Below, one piece after another: positions 11,316 to 21,252 of a DNA stretch of 64,000 nt. Each line of letters starts with the position of its first letter. The stretch's first letter is position 1. This DNA is from Fidelibacterota bacterium (GTDB lineage Bacteria; Fidelibacterota; Marinisomatia; SCGC-AAA003-L08; JACNLC01): NCBI GenBank assembly GCA_014381725.1, contig JACNLC010000052.1:744-64743 (forward strand), given 5' to 3'. Below the pieces are notes generated by a model. That model ran no database searches. It was not told the origin of the DNA and saw only the letters and a program-made list of their open reading frames with translations. The translations under genes were made by a program, and so were the position numbers.

Positions 11316-11339
11316 ATTCTTTATTGTTGTTATTTTTAT

Positions 11340-13673
11340 TTATTCACTCGCTTCAGTAGATTTACTTTCAGCTTCACTTTTTGCAATACTCTCTATAATC
11401 TCTTGTGGAATTTCAAGTTTATCACTGGTTGGTGCTTGTTTAGTAGCTACTTTTTCTTTCTTCTGTCTTCGCTGTTTTTTCTTTTCAGTATGTGTTGCTT
11501 CCATTACATCTTCGCCCCAATCCATCATCAAGATTACTTTTTTAGCTTCACGATCGATTTCCTGAACAACTGCTTCGTGAACAGTTCCTTGCTTGAATTT
11601 ATCTTTCATTTTCCTGTGTTCGTGCTTTGCGATATTCTTCATTGGTACGATACCTTCTAAGTCATTCTCTAATTTAAATATAATGCCTTTATCTAATACA
11701 CGAATAATCTCACCAGAAACAGTTTTACCTGAAGTGTAAATAGTTTTCAATTCTGGCCATGGATCTTCTTGAACTTGCTTAATTCCTAAAGCTAAGCGAC
11801 GATTTTCACATGACGCATCTAATACTTTTACATCAATTTCTTGTCCTCGTTTTACAACATCTTTTGGATGATACACATTCAAAATCCAAGACATATCTGA
11901 AATATGGACTAAACCATCAACACCTTCTTCTAATTCCACAAAAGCCCCAAATTGTGTTAGGTTTCGAACAATTCCCTTGTGAATAGAGCCAATTGGATAT
12001 TTAGTTTCAATATTCTCCCAAGGATTTTCCTGTAGTTGTTTAATACCTAGTGAAATTTTTCTTTCATTAAGATCTAAATCCAAGATTTTAGCTTCTACAG
12101 AATCACCTAATTTGAATAATTCACTAGGGTGCTTGATGTGTCGAGTCCAGGACATCCCTGAAACATGAATTAATCCTTCGATACCTTTTTCTAATTCGAT
12201 GAAAATACCATAATTCATCATATTTACAATTTTACCTGTAACAGACTGACCAATTGGATATTTTTCTTCTGCATTTTCCCAAGGTTCAGGTTCTAATTGT
12301 TTCATTCCGAGAGAAACTCGTGTTTTTTCTATATCAAAATCAATAACTTTAACTTTAACAACTTCTTCAATGTTAATTGCTTCTGATGGATGGTTAATTC
12401 TACCCCAAGTAATGTCTGTAATGTGGAGAAGTCCATCAATTCCACCAAGGTCAACAAATGCACCAAAATCTGTAAGATTCTTTACTGTACCTTCTAATAT
12501 CATTCCAACTTCAAGTTGTGAAATAATTTCTTGTCGTTTCTCTTTGAGATCTGTTTCAAGAAGTGCTTTTCTTGATAAAACTATATTTCTTCTAAGTTCA
12601 TTGAATTTTACAACTTTAAATTCATATTCTTGACCAACATGCTCATCAAAATCGGTAACAGGTCTAACATCAATCTGAGATCCTGGCAAGAATGCAAAAA
12701 TATCCCCAAGATCTACTACCATTCCGCCTTTGATTCTTCTTTGAATAACACCTTTAATTATTTCACCGTTTTCATAAGAAATTTTGATCTCATTCCATCG
12801 TTTGATGAAATCTGCTTTTTCTTTTGACAGGATAAATTGTCCTCTATTATTCTCAAAATTGACAACAAAGACATCTACTTTATCACCAATTTCTGGTAAC
12901 TCGGAAAACTCGGATTTACTAACAATACCTTCAGACTTAAAATTAATATCTATAAAGACATCCTTGTCAGTTATGTTGACAACGCTACCTGTACAAATCT
13001 CGTGTTCTTTTACTTTTGAAAGAGTATCAGTATATTGTTGCTCCATTTCTGGATCTATTGTGATCTCATCTTCTTCGCTATACTTATCAAGTTCTTCAGC
13101 TGTAATTTCTTTAATATTAAGCACTTCAGATCCAAGATAATCAATAAGTTCTGGTTCTGGAATTACTATAGGTGCAGGTTTATTGTCTACTTCACTTTCT
13201 TCGACAACTTCTACTTTTACATCTTCAACTTCTTTTGTTTCCTCTGAAGTGTCCAAAGTTTCAGGTGTAACTTCTGCTTTCACTTCTTCGACTTCCTGCT
13301 TCGTTTCTTTAATTTCTTCTTTAACTTCAGGCTTAGTCTCACCTTCAACTGCTTCTACAACTTCTTTTTCAGTAGTTTTAGGTTCATCTTTTGTTACCTT
13401 TTCAACTACTTTTTCAGTTTCAGCTATTTTTGTTTTAGCCGTAGGCTTTTTAGCTGTAGTTTTCTTGGCAGTAGTCGTTTTCTTAGTAGTTGTTTTTTTC
13501 TTAGCCGTTGCGGTCTTCTTCTTTGCAGTTGTTGTTTTTTTGGCTACGGCTTTCTTTTTAGTTTTAAGTTCCTCTTTTGGCAGTGAAGCCTTTTCCTGCT
13601 TTTTAGAGGGGGTTGCGGAAGTCTTACTTACCTTTTTTGTTTCAACTTCCTGGTTAACTTTTTTATCTACCAT
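11340..13673 (-). CDS. rpsA: 30S ribosomal protein S1 with about 190-aa Lys/Thr/Ala/Glu-rich N-terminal extension and basic C-terminal tail
   Basis: Six recognisable S1 (OB) repeats, e.g. GTVKNLTDFGAFVDLGGIDGLLHITD and GIVRNLTQFGAFVELEEGVDGLVHISD. The N-terminus contains KKTTTAKKKTATAKKKTTTKKTTTAKKTTAKKPTAK. Conserved cmk-rpsA pairing. Confidence 0.9.
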   Translation of the reverse strand: MVDKKVNQEVETKKVSKTSATPSKKQEKASLPKEELKTKKKAVAKKTTTAKKKTATAKKKTTTKKTTTAKKTTAKKPTAKTKIAETEKVVEKVTKDEPKTTEKEVVEAVEGETKPEVKEEIKETKQEVEEVKAEVTPETLDTSEETKEVEDVKVEVVEESEVDNKPAPIVIPEPELIDYLGSEVLNIKEITAEELDKYSEEDEITIDPEMEQQYTDTLSKVKEHEICTGSVVNITDKDVFIDINFKSEGIVSKSEFSELPEIGDKVDVFVVNFENNRGQFILSKEKADFIKRWNEIKISYENGEIIKGVIQRRIKGGMVVDLGDIFAFLPGSQIDVRPVTDFDEHVGQEYEFKVVKFNELRRNIVLSRKALLETDLKEKRQEIISQLEVGMILEGTVKNLTDFGAFVDLGGIDGLLHITDITWGRINHPSEAINIEEVVKVKVIDFDIEKTRVSLGMKQLEPEPWENAEEKYPIGQSVTGKIVNMMNYGIFIELEKGIEGLIHVSGMSWTRHIKHPSELFKLGDSVEAKILDLDLNERKISLGIKQLQENPWENIETKYPIGSIHKGIVRNLTQFGAFVELEEGVDGLVHISDMSWILNVYHPKDVVKRGQEIDVKVLDASCENRRLALGIKQVQEDPWPELKTIYTSGKTVSGEIIRVLDKGIIFKLENDLEGIVPMKNIAKHEHRKMKDKFKQGTVHEAVVQEIDREAKKVILMMDWGEDVMEATHTEKKKQRRQKKEKVATKQAPTSDKLEIPQEIIESIAKSEAESKSTEASE

Positions 13674-14341
13674 TATCCGAGTTTTACTCCTTGTTTTGTG
13701 TTTTTTACAATATCGATGATTTCCTTAACTTGCTCATCGATTGACAAATTTGTTGTATCAATAATTATTGCATCTTCTGCTTTTACTAATGGAGAATATT
13801 CCCGTGAAGAATCTATCTTATCCCGTTCTTTTATCCCTAAAATGACTGTGTCTAAATCTACAGTTTCACCTTGATTTTCGAGTTCCTTTAATCTCCGGAT
13901 TCCTCTTTCTTTTGCATCTGCAATAATGAAAAATTTATAATCAGCATTAGGAAACACTCTTGTTCCAATATCTCTGCCTTCCATTACAACATTTTCATTT
14001 TCAGACATTTTTCTTTGAATGTCAACCATCTTCTTGCGAACATCATAAATAGTGCTCACTTGACTGACATTATCATTTACAATGTTTTTTCTAATGTCAT
14101 CTGTTACATCCACTTCATCGATAATAATTCTTTTATTTGCATCAATATTCAAAGTGATATCTCGCAGATGTTTCTTAACTTCCGATTGATTATCAAAATT
14201 TATATTATGAGATAAAAAATATTGAGTTACTGCACGATACATTGCACCTGTATCGATATGGATAAATTCCAACTGTTCGGCTACTCTTTTAGCAGTCGTA
14301 CTTTTTCCAGAAGCCGCTGGACCATCAATTGCAATAATCAT
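13673..14341 (-). CDS. cmk: Cytidylate kinase
   Basis: MIIAIDGPAASGKSTTAKRVA, IDTGAMYRA, EGRDIGTRVFP. Confidence 0.92.
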   Translation of the reverse strand: MIIAIDGPAASGKSTTAKRVAEQLEFIHIDTGAMYRAVTQYFLSHNINFDNQSEVKKHLRDITLNIDANKRIIIDEVDVTDDIRKNIVNDNVSQVSTIYDVRKKMVDIQRKMSENENVVMEGRDIGTRVFPNADYKFFIIADAKERGIRRLKELENQGETVDLDTVILGIKERDKIDSSREYSPLVKAEDAIIIDTTNLSIDEQVKEIIDIVKNTKQGVKLG

Positions 14342-14442
14342 CTCTTCTAAATTTACCTCAATAAATAGCCGAGAAATTTACAGCTTAAATCGTATCTTAA
14401 CAAAATGTTATAGTGAAATGTAATTATTCTAAATAATACTCC

Positions 14443-15666
14443 CTATATATCGTAATTTATAATGTTGTTCGATATTGCTATTGTTACTACCGCAGATAGC
14501 AGAAATGAGCCACCGTAGCTTATAAATGGTACAGGTAATCCAGTAACTGGAACTAATCCAACTACCATACCAATATTGACAATAGTATGTACAAATAAAA
14601 TTGCTGTAAATCCGATTATTGATAAACTTGCAAAACGATTATGTACTCGACGCGCATAAACTATCAAACAATATATTAAAACGAAAAATAAAATTAGTAT
14701 AAATAAAATTCCAAATAATCCAAATTCTTCACCTGCAACTGAAATTATAAAATCTGTATCTCTAACAGGCAAAAATCTTAGATGAGTTTGCGTTCCTTGT
14801 CCATACCCTTTACCAAATATTCCTCCTGAGCCAATCGCAGTAATTGATTGTATAATCTGGTATCCTGCTCCACGCGGGTCTCTAAAAGGATCAAAAAATG
14901 TGAGAATTCGTTCCTGTTGATGAGTATACAATTTATTCCAAATTAGAGTTGATAATGTTCCAAATGCGATATTTATCAAAAAATTTCCAACTCCAATCAA
15001 GAGTTTTGGTTGACTGGTAAATAGAACAACTATTACGATGGCCATCCAAATATAAAATGAAAGTAGATTAAACGCAGCTAATATACTAACAACAGGGGCA
15101 AACACAATGAACAAATGATATGGTCGAATTCCTGCCCAATACAACATTGGAATCACAACTGCAAAATAAATGATTGCAGTTCCTAAATCAGGCTGACGAA
15201 ATACAATAATTGCTGGTAATACCGCAATTCCCAAAGTTATTGGAATTACTTTTTTTGGATTTATATGCTCGTGCTGGTCAGAAAGGAATTTTGCCAATGC
15301 AAATATTACGATCAATTTACCCATTTCTGATGGTTGAAAGCGTATTGGACCAAGAATTATCCATCTACTTGCTCCACTAATTACTGGCATAAAATAAGTA
15401 ACAAGAAGAGCAATAATCAGTAACCCAAACAGGATATAAGCGTATTCATAAAAGACTTGCGTTTTAACCACTTGTACTAAATAAAACACAAGAACACCTA
15501 CTCCAATCCAGACAAACTGTTTAAACAATGTAGAACCAATAAATTCTTGATTTTGACTAGTACTTTTAAGAAGCAGTAAACTAATACAACAAAGCAATAT
15601 TACAGGTAAAACTATTCGCCACTTAATTTCGAAATTTGGTTGATAGTGAAATAGTTTATTGAACAT
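14443..15666 (-). CDS. rodA: Rod-shape determining SEDS protein RodA
   Basis: FtsW/RodA/SpoVE family: about 10 TM helices, DLGTAIIY, TDFIISVAGEEFGLFG, PVTGLPVPFISYGGS. I prefer the ATG at 15666 (MFNKLF...), an 11-nt overlap with the mrdA stop, over the track start at 15762. Confidence 0.85.
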   Translation of the reverse strand: MFNKLFHYQPNFEIKWRIVLPVILLCCISLLLLKSTSQNQEFIGSTLFKQFVWIGVGVLVFYLVQVVKTQVFYEYAYILFGLLIIALLVTYFMPVISGASRWIILGPIRFQPSEMGKLIVIFALAKFLSDQHEHINPKKVIPITLGIAVLPAIIVFRQPDLGTAIIYFAVVIPMLYWAGIRPYHLFIVFAPVVSILAAFNLLSFYIWMAIVIVVLFTSQPKLLIGVGNFLINIAFGTLSTLIWNKLYTHQQERILTFFDPFRDPRGAGYQIIQSITAIGSGGIFGKGYGQGTQTHLRFLPVRDTDFIISVAGEEFGLFGILFILILFFVLIYCLIVYARRVHNRFASLSIIGFTAILFVHTIVNIGMVVGLVPVTGLPVPFISYGGSFLLSAVVTIAISNNIINYDI

Positions 15667-17428
15667 TATTCTCGTTATTATTTTGTATTTCCGCAAACAA
15701 TTTGAAAAGTTCTTTTGCAATTGGTGCTGCAGCTTCAGATCCTTTTCCACCATTTTCAACAAGAACTGCTAAACTCATCATTTTACCGTTTTCAGCTTCT
15801 ACATATCCTGTAAACCAAGAATGATCTTCACCGTGAGGATTTTGAGCTGTTCCAGTTTTTCCACGAACAATGCCATTTTCTGTTATTCTAGCATTTTTTC
15901 CAGTTCCCTTTTCTCCGTTAACAACATCATACATTGCATCTTGAATAAATTTCCAAGTAGATTGTTTGTAATCTAGTGTAATTGATGATTTTAGGCAATC
16001 TTTACTTAGATGTGGGGAATATGTTCTCCCATTAGTAGCAATTAAATTTATCATTTGCACCATTTGAATAGGAGTTACTAAAACATCACCCTGCCCAATT
16101 ACAAAACTTAATAAATTCCCAAATGCCCAACCTCTACTTGTATATTTTTTGTCCATATATTCTTTAGTTGGAACTATACCAACTGCTTCAGCTGGTAAGT
16201 CTATATTTGTCTTTTCACCAAATCCAAACTTCTTAACAATTGCAGCCCAATCTTCAAACGGTATTTGCTGAATCAATTGATAGAAATAGATATTACAAGA
16301 ATATTTTATAGCTTCTTTCAAATTTATTGATCCGTGACCAGCAGGATTCCAACAATGATAATATCGATTCCCAAAACGATATGCTCCATTACAATTTACT
16401 TTCCAATTTGATGAAATCCTACTAGATTCTAAAGCATAAATTGCTGACAATAACTTGAACGAGGAACCGGGAGGATATGTACCATTTAGTATTCGATTCA
16501 TTAACGGTTTTTCAGGATTTGAATTCCATTCATCCCAAAGTTCGATTGGAATTGGACCAACGAAAGATGATAAATTATAATCAGGCATACTAACGAATGA
16601 TAGAATATCTCCATTATACGGGTTAGAACAAATTATAGCACCTTTTTTACCACTCAATAGATTTTCAGCTAACAACTGAAGCCGTGAGTCGATAGTTAAA
16701 AACATTTCATCACCGGAAATTGCCAATTGACTCTCATCATATGATGTTATTCCTCGATCTCGCCCATAACTATCAACTAAATGATACTCGACACCATTTC
16801 TTCCTCTCAATCTTAATTCGTAAATTTTCTCTAAACCAGCTGCACCGTAAACATCATCAAGTTGGTAATTGAGATGTTTGTCAGATTTCGAGATAATCTC
16901 TTCTGTTACAGATCGTAAATAACCCAAAGCATGAGTCATTCTCACATCGTTGGGGTAAATTCTGGCGGGTAATCTTGAAAATAATAATCCAGGTAAATTG
17001 ATTCTATTCTCTTCTAATTTTGACATAGTTTCGAAATCTACATGTCGCTTTAGAAGTAGTGGTCGAAAACGAGCGATTGTTTTTTTACCGGTTAGTATTT
17101 TTTTCTGCAATTCATTTTTTGGAATATTCACCGATTTCGCTAGTAAACCAAAATCAAAGTTTTCAGTTACATCAATTGGTATAACTTTTAAATCAAAAGT
17201 AGGACGATTATCAACAAGTGGAATACCATTTCTATCATAAATTATTCCTCTTGGTGCTGAAATATTGATTTCACGAATACTATTAGCTCTCGCTCTGCTG
17301 GTGTTTTTATCAAATTGACTTACCTGAATGTTATAAAACCTATAAAATATAATTATAAAAATAATGGTCGTAATAACTAATAATGTGGTTGTTCTCCGCT
17401 GAGGTATTTGGATATAACTTCGAGCCAT
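15656..17428 (-). CDS. mrdA: Penicillin-binding protein 2 (elongasome transpeptidase)
   Basis: N-terminal TM, then SxxK (PGSSFKLL), SxN (YSCNIYF) and KTG (GKTGTAQ) motifs. Located between mreD and rodA. Confidence 0.88.
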   Translation of the reverse strand: MARSYIQIPQRRTTTLLVITTIIFIIIFYRFYNIQVSQFDKNTSRARANSIREINISAPRGIIYDRNGIPLVDNRPTFDLKVIPIDVTENFDFGLLAKSVNIPKNELQKKILTGKKTIARFRPLLLKRHVDFETMSKLEENRINLPGLLFSRLPARIYPNDVRMTHALGYLRSVTEEIISKSDKHLNYQLDDVYGAAGLEKIYELRLRGRNGVEYHLVDSYGRDRGITSYDESQLAISGDEMFLTIDSRLQLLAENLLSGKKGAIICSNPYNGDILSFVSMPDYNLSSFVGPIPIELWDEWNSNPEKPLMNRILNGTYPPGSSFKLLSAIYALESSRISSNWKVNCNGAYRFGNRYYHCWNPAGHGSINLKEAIKYSCNIYFYQLIQQIPFEDWAAIVKKFGFGEKTNIDLPAEAVGIVPTKEYMDKKYTSRGWAFGNLLSFVIGQGDVLVTPIQMVQMINLIATNGRTYSPHLSKDCLKSSITLDYKQSTWKFIQDAMYDVVNGEKGTGKNARITENGIVRGKTGTAQNPHGEDHSWFTGYVEAENGKMMSLAVLVENGGKGSEAAAPIAKELFKLFAEIQNNNENNVQ

Positions 17429-17913
17429 TATACAAGCTTGGAGTTAAAAATAAATTTGTTCATTAAAAACAAAAATGCTAGATTAATTGTAGCGTGAATC
17501 GAAACCAACATTGTTCCTACCAAAAATGTTGTTAAACTACCATTTAATTGAATAAAATAATAAATTGAGAAATGTACAAAGTAAATCCCAACTATAACTA
17601 ACCATCTGATCTGCTTAGACCAAATTCGTTCATAATCGAAAATCGAGCCCAGCAAATATCCTGTAATGGACTTGATAAAACTGAAAGCACCCAATAATTC
17701 AATTTGAGTTGTGATATCTTGAATAAAACCTAGACAAAAACCAAATAATACTGAACTAAATCTACCATAACGAAGTGCAATGTATGTCAAAAATAGTAGG
17801 AATAAATCTGGTTTTAGCAAAATACTTTTTATTGAAATAGATGGAAAAATAACTTGTAAAATTGCAGTTACAATTAACAAACCAAAGAACTTTAAGTATA
17901 ATTTTGTTTTCAT
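17428..17913 (-). CDS. mreD: Rod shape-determining protein MreD
   Basis: 161-aa protein with 5 TM helices, immediately after mreC in the mreBCD-mrdA-rodA order. Confidence 0.7.
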   Translation of the reverse strand: MKTKLYLKFFGLLIVTAILQVIFPSISIKSILLKPDLFLLFLTYIALRYGRFSSVLFGFCLGFIQDITTQIELLGAFSFIKSITGYLLGSIFDYERIWSKQIRWLVIVGIYFVHFSIYYFIQLNGSLTTFLVGTMLVSIHATINLAFLFLMNKFIFNSKLV

Positions 17914-18686
17914 TGAATTACAAACACATATCCTAGATTATGCAAAGTTGCTGATAATTTTACTACTACATTCTGAAATACTTCAACATCTTCAATATTG
18001 ATTGCAATAACTTCAGCAACAGGAATATTCGATGGATAAATATCTGAAATTCCTGAAGTTACTACTTTGCTACCTATGCTAATATTCGCACTTTTGGGAA
18101 TTCCGCTTATTACACCATACTCGCCTTGAGTTGGATGAAATATTCCCAATATTCTGCTTTCCCCTACTCGTACAGAAACTCTGAAATTTTTATCAGATAT
18201 TAATTGGACTGTAGAAGCATTTTCTCCAATTGAGATAGTTTTACCAAGCAATCCCTTCAAGTCAATTACAGCTAAATTTTGAACAAGTTGATCATTTTTA
18301 CCGACATCAATCGTAATAGACTGAACTGAAGAAGCAAAATGATGATTAACAACATTAGCAGGTTTCAGACTCAATGGAATATCTTCACTAAAGTTGAGCA
18401 TTTCTCGTAATTGCTTGTTTTCAAATTCATAATGAAGAAGTTGTTGATTGAGCAAAGTTAATTGAGTTACTGTTTCTGTTAGAATCTGATTTTGCTTTTT
18501 GACATTGAGAATATCTTTATACCATTTTTGTGGGCTCAACACTATATTGATGATATCAGAAACATCTGCTTGAACTTCACGAACTCGTACAGAGGAATTT
18601 GAGAAAAATAGGATTAGCGAAACAACTATCGCAATAAATAGAGCGATACTATCTTTAGTTGGGTAGCCGAAACTGGAAAGTTTCAT
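17910..18686 (-). CDS. mreC: Rod shape-determining protein MreC
   Basis: N-terminal TM, coiled coil (NQQLLHYEFENKQLREML), and a C-terminal beta domain (GLLGKTISI...VVTSGISDIYPSNIPVAEV). Confidence 0.8.
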   Translation of the reverse strand: MKLSSFGYPTKDSIALFIAIVVSLILFFSNSSVRVREVQADVSDIINIVLSPQKWYKDILNVKKQNQILTETVTQLTLLNQQLLHYEFENKQLREMLNFSEDIPLSLKPANVVNHHFASSVQSITIDVGKNDQLVQNLAVIDLKGLLGKTISIGENASTVQLISDKNFRVSVRVGESRILGIFHPTQGEYGVISGIPKSANISIGSKVVTSGISDIYPSNIPVAEVIAINIEDVEVFQNVVVKLSATLHNLGYVFVIQ

Positions 18687-18690
18687 TCCG

Positions 18691-19710
18691 TTAGATCAGA
18701 ATTCCCTTGTATCGTTTAAGATCTTCTAACACTTTACCCGTTCCTCGAACAACTGAGCGCAATGGTTCTTCTGCTACATGAACTGGTAATCCTGTTTTAT
18801 TTCGAATGTGCTGATCTAAACCCTTCAATAAAGCTCCACCTCCGGTTAATATAACTCCAAAATCAATTATATCAGAAGATAATTCAGGAGGAGTTCGTTC
18901 TAGAGCGTGTTTTATAGCAGTTGTAATTTGGAATATTGTATCAGTTAGAGCTTGCCTAATTTCATCTGAAGATATTTCAATTGTTTTAGGTATTCCTGAT
19001 ACCATATCTCGGCCTTTTACAGCAATTTTCGTTCCTTTTTCTCGAATAGCAGATCCAACCTTACATTTTATATTCTCTGCTGTTCTATCTCCAATTTCCA
19101 ATTTATGCTCATTTTTAAACCAATCAATTATTGCTTCATCTTGTTCATCACCAGCTATTCTGACTGCTTCTTTAACTACAATACCATTTAACGAAATTAC
19201 TGCAATTTCTGTTGTTCCGCCACCTATATCAACTATCATATTCCCAACAGGTTGACTAATATCTATTCCAATTCCAATTGCTGCTGCCATTGGTTCTTCT
19301 ATCAAATGAACTTCACTTGCATTAGCTCTTTCAGCAGAATCTCTTACAGCTCGTCTCTCTACATCTGTAACACCTGATGGAATACAAATTACCATTCTCG
19401 GACGAGCAATTCTGCTAAGTTTCATTTTGCGAATAAACCCGTGTAGCATTCCATCCGCCATCTTGAAATCTGCAATCACTCCATCTTTAAGTGGGCGAAC
19501 TGTTTGAATATCGTGGTGAGTTTTGCCGACCATAGCATTGGCTTCGTTGCCAACTGTAAACACTTTATCATCGATTACACTTTTTGCAACAATTGATGGT
19601 TCATCAATTACAATTCCCCTATCCTTTGCCCAAATCAAAGTGTTAGCTGTTCCAAGGTCTATTGCGATATCGCTACTGACTAATTTTGATATTGAAGATA
19701 TATTTGCCAT
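18691..19710 (-). CDS. mreB: Rod shape-determining actin homologue MreB
   Basis: DIAIDLGTANTLIW, VDIGGGTTEIAVISL, ILTGGGALLKGLD. The ATG at 19710 avoids overlap with purH (the track start at 19752 extends into purH). Confidence 0.92.
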   Translation of the reverse strand: MANISSISKLVSSDIAIDLGTANTLIWAKDRGIVIDEPSIVAKSVIDDKVFTVGNEANAMVGKTHHDIQTVRPLKDGVIADFKMADGMLHGFIRKMKLSRIARPRMVICIPSGVTDVERRAVRDSAERANASEVHLIEEPMAAAIGIGIDISQPVGNMIVDIGGGTTEIAVISLNGIVVKEAVRIAGDEQDEAIIDWFKNEHKLEIGDRTAENIKCKVGSAIREKGTKIAVKGRDMVSGIPKTIEISSDEIRQALTDTIFQITTAIKHALERTPPELSSDIIDFGVILTGGGALLKGLDQHIRNKTGLPVHVAEEPLRSVVRGTGKVLEDLKRYKGILI

Positions 19711-19718
19711 AATTTTCC

Positions 19719-21248
19719 TTAATGATAAAAATGTCTGATTTTTGTTAAACACATGGATAAATCTAATTCATCCGCCCTCTTAATTACTGTGTCATCTTTG
19801 ATAGAACCACCTGGTTGAATGACTGCACTAATTCCCTCTTCGCTTGCTAATTCCAAACTATCTGGAAACGGGAAAAATGCATCAGATGCTATAACTGCAT
19901 TCTCTAAACTTAACCCAGCTTCTTTTGCTTTTCTAATTGCGATTTTCACGGAGTCAACTCTGGACATTTGTCCTGCTCCTACCCCGAGTAATTGATGTTC
20001 ATTTGCAAATACAATTGCATTGGATTTTACAAATCTTACCAAAATCCACCCTAACTTCATTGCGTTAAATTCTGAACTTGTTGGTTTACGATTGGTTACA
20101 ACTTTGAGATTATTTAATTCCCCTTGATCTAAATCTTGCTGTTGATACAAAAATCCACCAGCAACAGATTTTATTCTATATTCATCTAATTGATAATTTG
20201 GTGTAATGGTGATAATTCTCAAATTCTTTTTCTTTTTTAAAATCTTTTTGGCTTCGTCCGAAAAAGAAGGTGCAATAACACACTCCAAAAATGGTTTGAC
20301 TAATTCAATTGCTGTATCCTCATCCACTTCTAAATTGAATCCTACTATCCCACCGAAATAACTTAAAGGATCCGTTGTAACTGCACGAAGATACGCTTCT
20401 TTCAGTGATTTCCCAATCCCAAACCCGCAAGGATTAGAATGTTTGATGATACTACAAGCAGGTTCATTAAATTGTAAAGCAATTGCAATTGCTGATTCCA
20501 TGTCAGCATAATTGTTAAACGATAGTGCTTTCCCTTGATGTTGCTCCCAAGGTATTTCTTTACCAGCTGGAAGATAAAAAGCAGATTTCTGATGTGGATT
20601 TTCACCATATCTGAGTTCATCAGATTTGTATAAATTTATACTGACTGTCTGTGGTAATTCTTGATCATCTTTTGCAAAATAATCAAAAATAGATGACTCA
20701 TATTGCGAAGTCATCGAAAAGACTTTAGTTGCATATTTCTTTCTTATTTCAATAGGAATCTGGCCATCGTTTTCTGTAAACTGTTGCTTAAAATCGTTAT
20801 ACAATTTTGGATCACATAATGGCACAACAGAATGATAATTCTTTGCTGCTGCTCGTATCATTGAAGGTCCACCTATATCAATAAATTCTATAGCTTTTCT
20901 AAAATCCAAACCTTTTTCGACTGCTTCTTGAACAAATGGATAGAAGTTGACAACTATTAAGTCAATTTTACTTCCGCCAATATTTTGCAAATCCGTAATA
21001 TGAGTTTCATTTTCTCTATCAGCAAGAATTCCACCAAATATTTTTGGATCAAGTGTTTTTACACGACCATCCATTACTGAACCCGTGCCAGTGATGTCAG
21101 ATACAGGTGTAACTTTCAAACCTGCATTTTCCAACGCTTTTTGTGTTCCACCTGTGGAGATTAACTCAACTCCACTGCTAGACAAAAACTGTCCTAATTC
21201 AACAATTCCATCTTTAAACCAAACACTTAACAAAGCTCTTTTAATCAC
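19719..21248 (-). CDS. purH: Bifunctional AICAR transformylase / IMP cyclohydrolase
   Basis: MGS-like N-terminus (ALLSVWFKDGIVELG...ISTGGTQKAL), IDIGGPSMIRAAAKN, C-terminal GAGQMSRVDS. Confidence 0.93.
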   Translation of the reverse strand: MIKRALLSVWFKDGIVELGQFLSSSGVELISTGGTQKALENAGLKVTPVSDITGTGSVMDGRVKTLDPKIFGGILADRENETHITDLQNIGGSKIDLIVVNFYPFVQEAVEKGLDFRKAIEFIDIGGPSMIRAAAKNYHSVVPLCDPKLYNDFKQQFTENDGQIPIEIRKKYATKVFSMTSQYESSIFDYFAKDDQELPQTVSINLYKSDELRYGENPHQKSAFYLPAGKEIPWEQHQGKALSFNNYADMESAIAIALQFNEPACSIIKHSNPCGFGIGKSLKEAYLRAVTTDPLSYFGGIVGFNLEVDEDTAIELVKPFLECVIAPSFSDEAKKILKKKKNLRIITITPNYQLDEYRIKSVAGGFLYQQQDLDQGELNNLKVVTNRKPTSSEFNAMKLGWILVRFVKSNAIVFANEHQLLGVGAGQMSRVDSVKIAIRKAKEAGLSLENAVIASDAFFPFPDSLELASEEGISAVIQPGGSIKDDTVIKRADELDLSMCLTKIRHFYH

Positions 21249-21252
21249 TTAT

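Noticed and set aside
13183-13719. 178-aa plus-strand ORF (plus 12784-13140, 13035-13247, 11269-11660) antisense to rpsA
   Set aside because: The sense strand here is purine-rich low-complexity coding (AAA/GAA/ACT codons). Its complement is therefore pyrimidine-rich and simply lacks stop codons. The translations are Ser/Phe/Val-rich nonsense with no start context, and the sense frame is a clear S1 protein.
14443-15762. Long N-terminal extensions suggested by the ORF track for rodA (to 15762), mreB (to 19752), rpmC (to 59702), rplC (to 63761), rpsE (to 56285) and wza-like (to 3094)
   Set aside because: Each extension runs deep into the upstream gene and adds non-conserved residues. Internal starts give the canonical N-termini, abut the upstream stop codon, and several have SD motifs.
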